A stretch of DNA of 9,436 nucleotides, taken from contig JAGLRQ010000067.1 of NCBI GenBank assembly GCA_023136205.1, positions 1 through 9,436 of the forward strand. The letters run 5' to 3'. This DNA is from Candidatus Auribacterota bacterium. Lineage in GTDB: Bacteria; Auribacterota; UBA6266. A model generated the notes under the pieces. It saw only the letters and a program-made list of their open reading frames with translations. It was not told the origin of the DNA and did no database searches. Of the stretch, positions 7,218-9,436 are shown piece after piece; the stretch's first letter is position 1, and the number at the start of each line of letters is the position of its first letter. The position numbers and the translations under genes are program-made.

Positions 7218-7670
7218 TTGAAACAAATTAAAATTTATTTATTCGTAGTGTTATTTATGACAGCCGGTTGGGTCTTGGCCGCTGATTATTCTACTCCCGA
7301 AAAAACATTTGAGCTGTATAAAAAAGCGGGTCTGGAAGGAAATGTTGAACAATACCTCCAATGTCTGAACGATAGTTCAAGACGTCTCTGGGATGAAGGC
7401 AAGCCCCCGAAAGAGATGATAGAAAGGGAAATTAACCCCTTTATAGGAAAGACATACAAAATAGAAAGGTACAAAACCAGTAACTATCGCTATGCTGTAA
7501 TTGTTTTTAATGACAGTACTGTTGATGCGCCGCCGTACATTCTTCTTGATGTAAACGGTGAATGGAAAATTGATTTTAAGACAATGGTTTGGAAGATTGT
7601 CTGGGACGGGAAAAAGTATAAATTTAGGCTCCCTTTTGAAGATAGTGAAAAACAAGAAAATGTGGAGTAA
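7218..7670 (+). CDS. Hypothetical small exported protein
   Basis: A TTG start lies 1 nt after the GT2 stop, with AAGGGGA about 10 nt upstream. The signal-peptide-like N-terminus is MKQIKIYLFVVLFMTAGWVLA/AD. No family was recognised. Confidence 0.6.
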   Translation: MKQIKIYLFVVLFMTAGWVLAADYSTPEKTFELYKKAGLEGNVEQYLQCLNDSSRRLWDEGKPPKEMIEREINPFIGKTYKIERYKTSNYRYAVIVFNDSTVDAPPYILLDVNGEWKIDFKTMVWKIVWDGKKYKFRLPFEDSEKQENVE

Positions 7671-9002
7671 ATGGGCGCTATAATAATAAAAGGTGCGTAC
7701 ATAATAACAGGAGATTCTGAGTCAAACATTTTTGCTTCCGCGGATCTTCTGATTGAAAATGATAGAATAGCCGCAATAGGAAGCATTCCTCTCAAAAAAA
7801 AAGCCCTGGTAATAGATGCCGGCGGCAAGTTCGTTTTTCCCGGATTTATTCAAACCCATGTTCATCTTACTCAGAGCCTTTTTAGGAACATGGCTGACGA
7901 ATTATCTCTTCTCAAATGGCTTAAACAAAAAATTTGGAAACTGGAAGCCGCGCATGATAGTGAATCAAGCCATTTTTCGGCGCAGCTTGGTATATCTGAA
8001 TTGGTGAAAAGCGGTGTAACGACTATATTAGATATGGAAAGTGTTCATCATTCTGAATCGGCATTTCATGCTGCCAGAGAATCAGGCATAAGGGCTTTTA
8101 TCGGCAAAGCCATGATGGATAAAGGGGAAAGTATTCCGGCCGCACTTAAGGAGGATACGGAATCTTCTCTTATGCGGAGTGAAGTCTTGATAAAGCAGTG
8201 GAACGGTGCGGAAAACGGCCGTATAAATTATGCCCTTGCCCCAAGGTTTGTGTTGACTTGTTCTGAAGAGCTTTTGAGAGGGGTTGGGAAATTATCCCAA
8301 AAGCATAGGCTGCTTATCCATACGCATTCGAGTGAAAACAAAGAGGAAACGGAAAGAGTCAGAGAAATGACCGGAATGGGAAATGTTGAGTATTTTAATC
8401 ATCTTGGCCTTGCGGGCCCTCATTTGTGCCTTGCCCATTGTATATGGCTTGCGGAAAAAGAAATTGATATTCTTAAACAGAAAGGGATAAAAGTTCTACA
8501 TTGTCCCTCTGCGAATCTTAAATTGGGTTCAGGAATAGCTCCGGCCTGGGAATATATAAAAAAAGGAATAAATGTCTCGCTTGGTTCCGATGGGGCCGCA
8601 TGCAATAATAATTTAAATATGTTCCAGGAAATGAAACTGGCTTCTTTCCTTCAGAAACCGGGTCATGGCCCGGAAGCGATGAACGCGGAAACAATATTTA
8701 AAATGGCAACGATTAACGGAGCAAAAGCTTTGGGATTGGAAGAAGAAATCGGAAGTATAGAAGTGGGAAAAAAGGCGGATTTAGTGCTGTTTGACCCGAA
8801 TCGCATAAATACCTTGCCGGCTCTGGATAAAAATCCTTATTCCATTATAGTTTATTCAGGTTCTCCGGAGAACATACAGATGGTTATTATTGATGGAAAA
8901 ATCGTAATGGAATCTGGAATGATGAATACAATAGATGAGATACGCCTGATTGGCGGTATAGATACGATTGCCGCGGAAGTTGTTAAAAGGGCAGGACTTT
9001 GA
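7671..9002 (+). CDS. Amidohydrolase superfamily nucleobase/nucleoside deaminase (COG0402; MtaD / TRZ-ATZ-like)
   Basis: PGFIQTHVHLTQSLFRNMADELSLLKWL (the HxH metal site), HTHSSENKEE, LAHCIWL, HCPSANLKLGSGIAP and SLGSDGAACNNNLNMF (the catalytic Asp region). Substrate cannot be assigned from sequence alone. Confidence 0.88.
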   Translation: MGAIIIKGAYIITGDSESNIFASADLLIENDRIAAIGSIPLKKKALVIDAGGKFVFPGFIQTHVHLTQSLFRNMADELSLLKWLKQKIWKLEAAHDSESSHFSAQLGISELVKSGVTTILDMESVHHSESAFHAARESGIRAFIGKAMMDKGESIPAALKEDTESSLMRSEVLIKQWNGAENGRINYALAPRFVLTCSEELLRGVGKLSQKHRLLIHTHSSENKEETERVREMTGMGNVEYFNHLGLAGPHLCLAHCIWLAEKEIDILKQKGIKVLHCPSANLKLGSGIAPAWEYIKKGINVSLGSDGAACNNNLNMFQEMKLASFLQKPGHGPEAMNAETIFKMATINGAKALGLEEEIGSIEVGKKADLVLFDPNRINTLPALDKNPYSIIVYSGSPENIQMVIIDGKIVMESGMMNTIDEIRLIGGIDTIAAEVVKRAGL

Positions 9003-9023
9003 AAAGATAGTAAGAAGTATGTT

Positions 9024-9107
9024 TCGTCGTGCGTATTGCGTCGTGAGTATTGAGTATTAAATAAATTTTTTTTCAACGCAATACGCAATGCGCAATACTC
9101 AATACGG
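9024..9107. repeat. Inverted pair of 7-nt tandem arrays forming a long imperfect hairpin
   Basis: Left array: tcgtcgt gcgtatt gcgtcgt gagtatt gagtatt (9024-9058). An AT-rich spacer follows (9059-9077). Right array: gcaatac gcaatgc gcaatac tcaatac (9078-9105). By hand, 9032-9058 pairs with 9080-9106 at 22 of 27 positions (one G-U). Confidence 0.7.
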
Positions 9108-9185
9108 CATCTATATTTTTTGCTTGTAATTTTTGGGCTATTTGCTAGAATTCTCTTTCACTTGGGGTAAATATGACCCGGATAT

Positions 9186-9271
9186 GCGAGAGTGGTGGAA
9201 TGGCAGACACACTAGCTTAAGGGGCTAGCGGGAGCAATCCTGTGGGGGTTCAAATCCCCCCTCTCGCACCA
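9186..9271 (+). tRNA. tRNA-Leu, class II (long variable arm), anticodon reads AAG; CCA encoded
   Basis: Acceptor stem GCGAGAG/CTCTCGC and discriminator A. D-arm GTG-GAATGGCAGA-CAC. Anticodon stem CTAGC/GCTAG with the 7-nt loop TTAAGGG (anticodon at 9219-9221). 15-nt variable arm (CGGGA-GCAA-TCCTG-T). T-arm GGGGG-TTCAAAT-CCCCC. The layout parallels E. coli tRNA-Leu. Confidence 0.9.
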
Positions 9272-9324
9272 ATTGAACAAAGTGAAATTGGTTTGTTTTT
9301 AGTTTTTTAACTCAATACGAGTTT

Positions 9325-9436
9325 TTATCCTGTCAAATTTTCCCAGATATAGTGAGTAGCTTCTGACCTGTTAAGTGTATAAAAATGAATTCCCGGAACT
9401 CCGCTTGACAGTAATGCCTTGCACTGCTGGGTAGCA
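9325..9436 (-). CDS. metF: Methylenetetrahydrofolate reductase, C-terminal fragment (gene starts beyond the right edge)
   Basis: The reverse-complement translation is ...[36 protein letters not shown]. The G-V-x-x-x-HFYTLNR-x-E motif matches the MetF C-terminus (compare E. coli GVKDFHFYTLNRAE). The stop is the reverse complement of 9325-9327. It is too short for the ORF track. Confidence 0.75.
   Translation of the reverse strand, partial: ATQQCKALLSSGVPGIHFYTLNRSEATHYIWENLTG

Noticed and set aside
7286-7828. Three overlapping minus-strand ORFs (62, 92 and 112 aa) opposite the 7218-7670 gene and the start of the amidohydrolase gene
   Set aside because: They overlap one another and are antisense to coupled plus-strand genes. 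They have no motifs and are most likely noise.
9019-9060. 13-codon mini-ORF (MFRRAYCVVSIEY*) that runs through the left heptamer array and could be read as a leader peptide
   Set aside because: It has no convincing RBS (only aagaag), and its sequence is dictated by the repeat units. There is no downstream gene it could attenuate, only a tRNA. It is probably coincidental.
9024-9107. Reading the heptamer arrays as a CRISPR-like or minisatellite array
   Set aside because: The units are only 7 nt long and contiguous, without spacers, and there are only 4-5 copies per arm. This does not match CRISPR architecture, and no cas genes lie in the window.
9211-9227. Alternative reading of the tRNA anticodon as TAA (a common Leu isoacceptor), because the string cttaag is present
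   Set aside because: That register would break the perfect 5-bp CTAGC/GCTAG stem, and no alternative stem exists. With the canonical 7-nt loop, U33 precedes A34-A35-G36.
9269-9297. Possible terminator hairpins after the tRNA (ccaatt/aattgg, or aacaaa/tttgtt followed by T-runs)
   Set aside because: The stems are only 6 bp, AT-rich and mutually exclusive, and one uses the tRNA CCA end. They are too weak to call, although the T-rich tract at 9292-9308 may still help termination.
9108-9324. The tRNA as an integration hotspot or att site for a genomic island
   Set aside because: No integrase, no repeat of the tRNA 3' end and no compositional shift are visible. The flanking genes (the deaminase gene and metF) are ordinary housekeeping genes.

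Overview
Low-GC (roughly 35-40% by eye) bacterial chromosomal window. It is densely coded and dominated by housekeeping and cell-envelope genes; I see no mobile element, CRISPR array or recognisable defence or toxin system. Minus strand, left edge: a polyprenyl diphosphate synthase (ispA-like) whose stop abuts the start of a partial family-2 glycosyltransferase. A divergent plus-strand operon then encodes three small membrane proteins (DUF2752-like, DUF4190-like, DUF4013-like) and ends in a bidirectional hairpin terminator shared with a convergent FmdB-type zinc-ribbon gene. From 3012 to 9002 runs a tightly coupled seven-gene plus-strand operon: zinc-ribbon membrane protein, D-aminoacyl-tRNA deacylase, orphan secreted protein, polysaccharide deacetylase, KdtX/WaaE-like GT2, small exported protein, COG0402 amidohydrolase/deaminase. 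The right end holds an unusual inverted pair of heptamer tandem arrays, a class II tRNA-Leu, and the 3' end of metF on the minus strand. The items most worth a second look are that the tRNA-Leu anticodon reads AAG (A34, uncommon in bacteria), the heptamer inverted-repeat element next to it, the uncharacterised membrane-protein trio, and the orphan 395-aa secreted protein. None is demonstrably a new system from sequence alone. Family calls rest on motifs I recognised by eye, not on searches.
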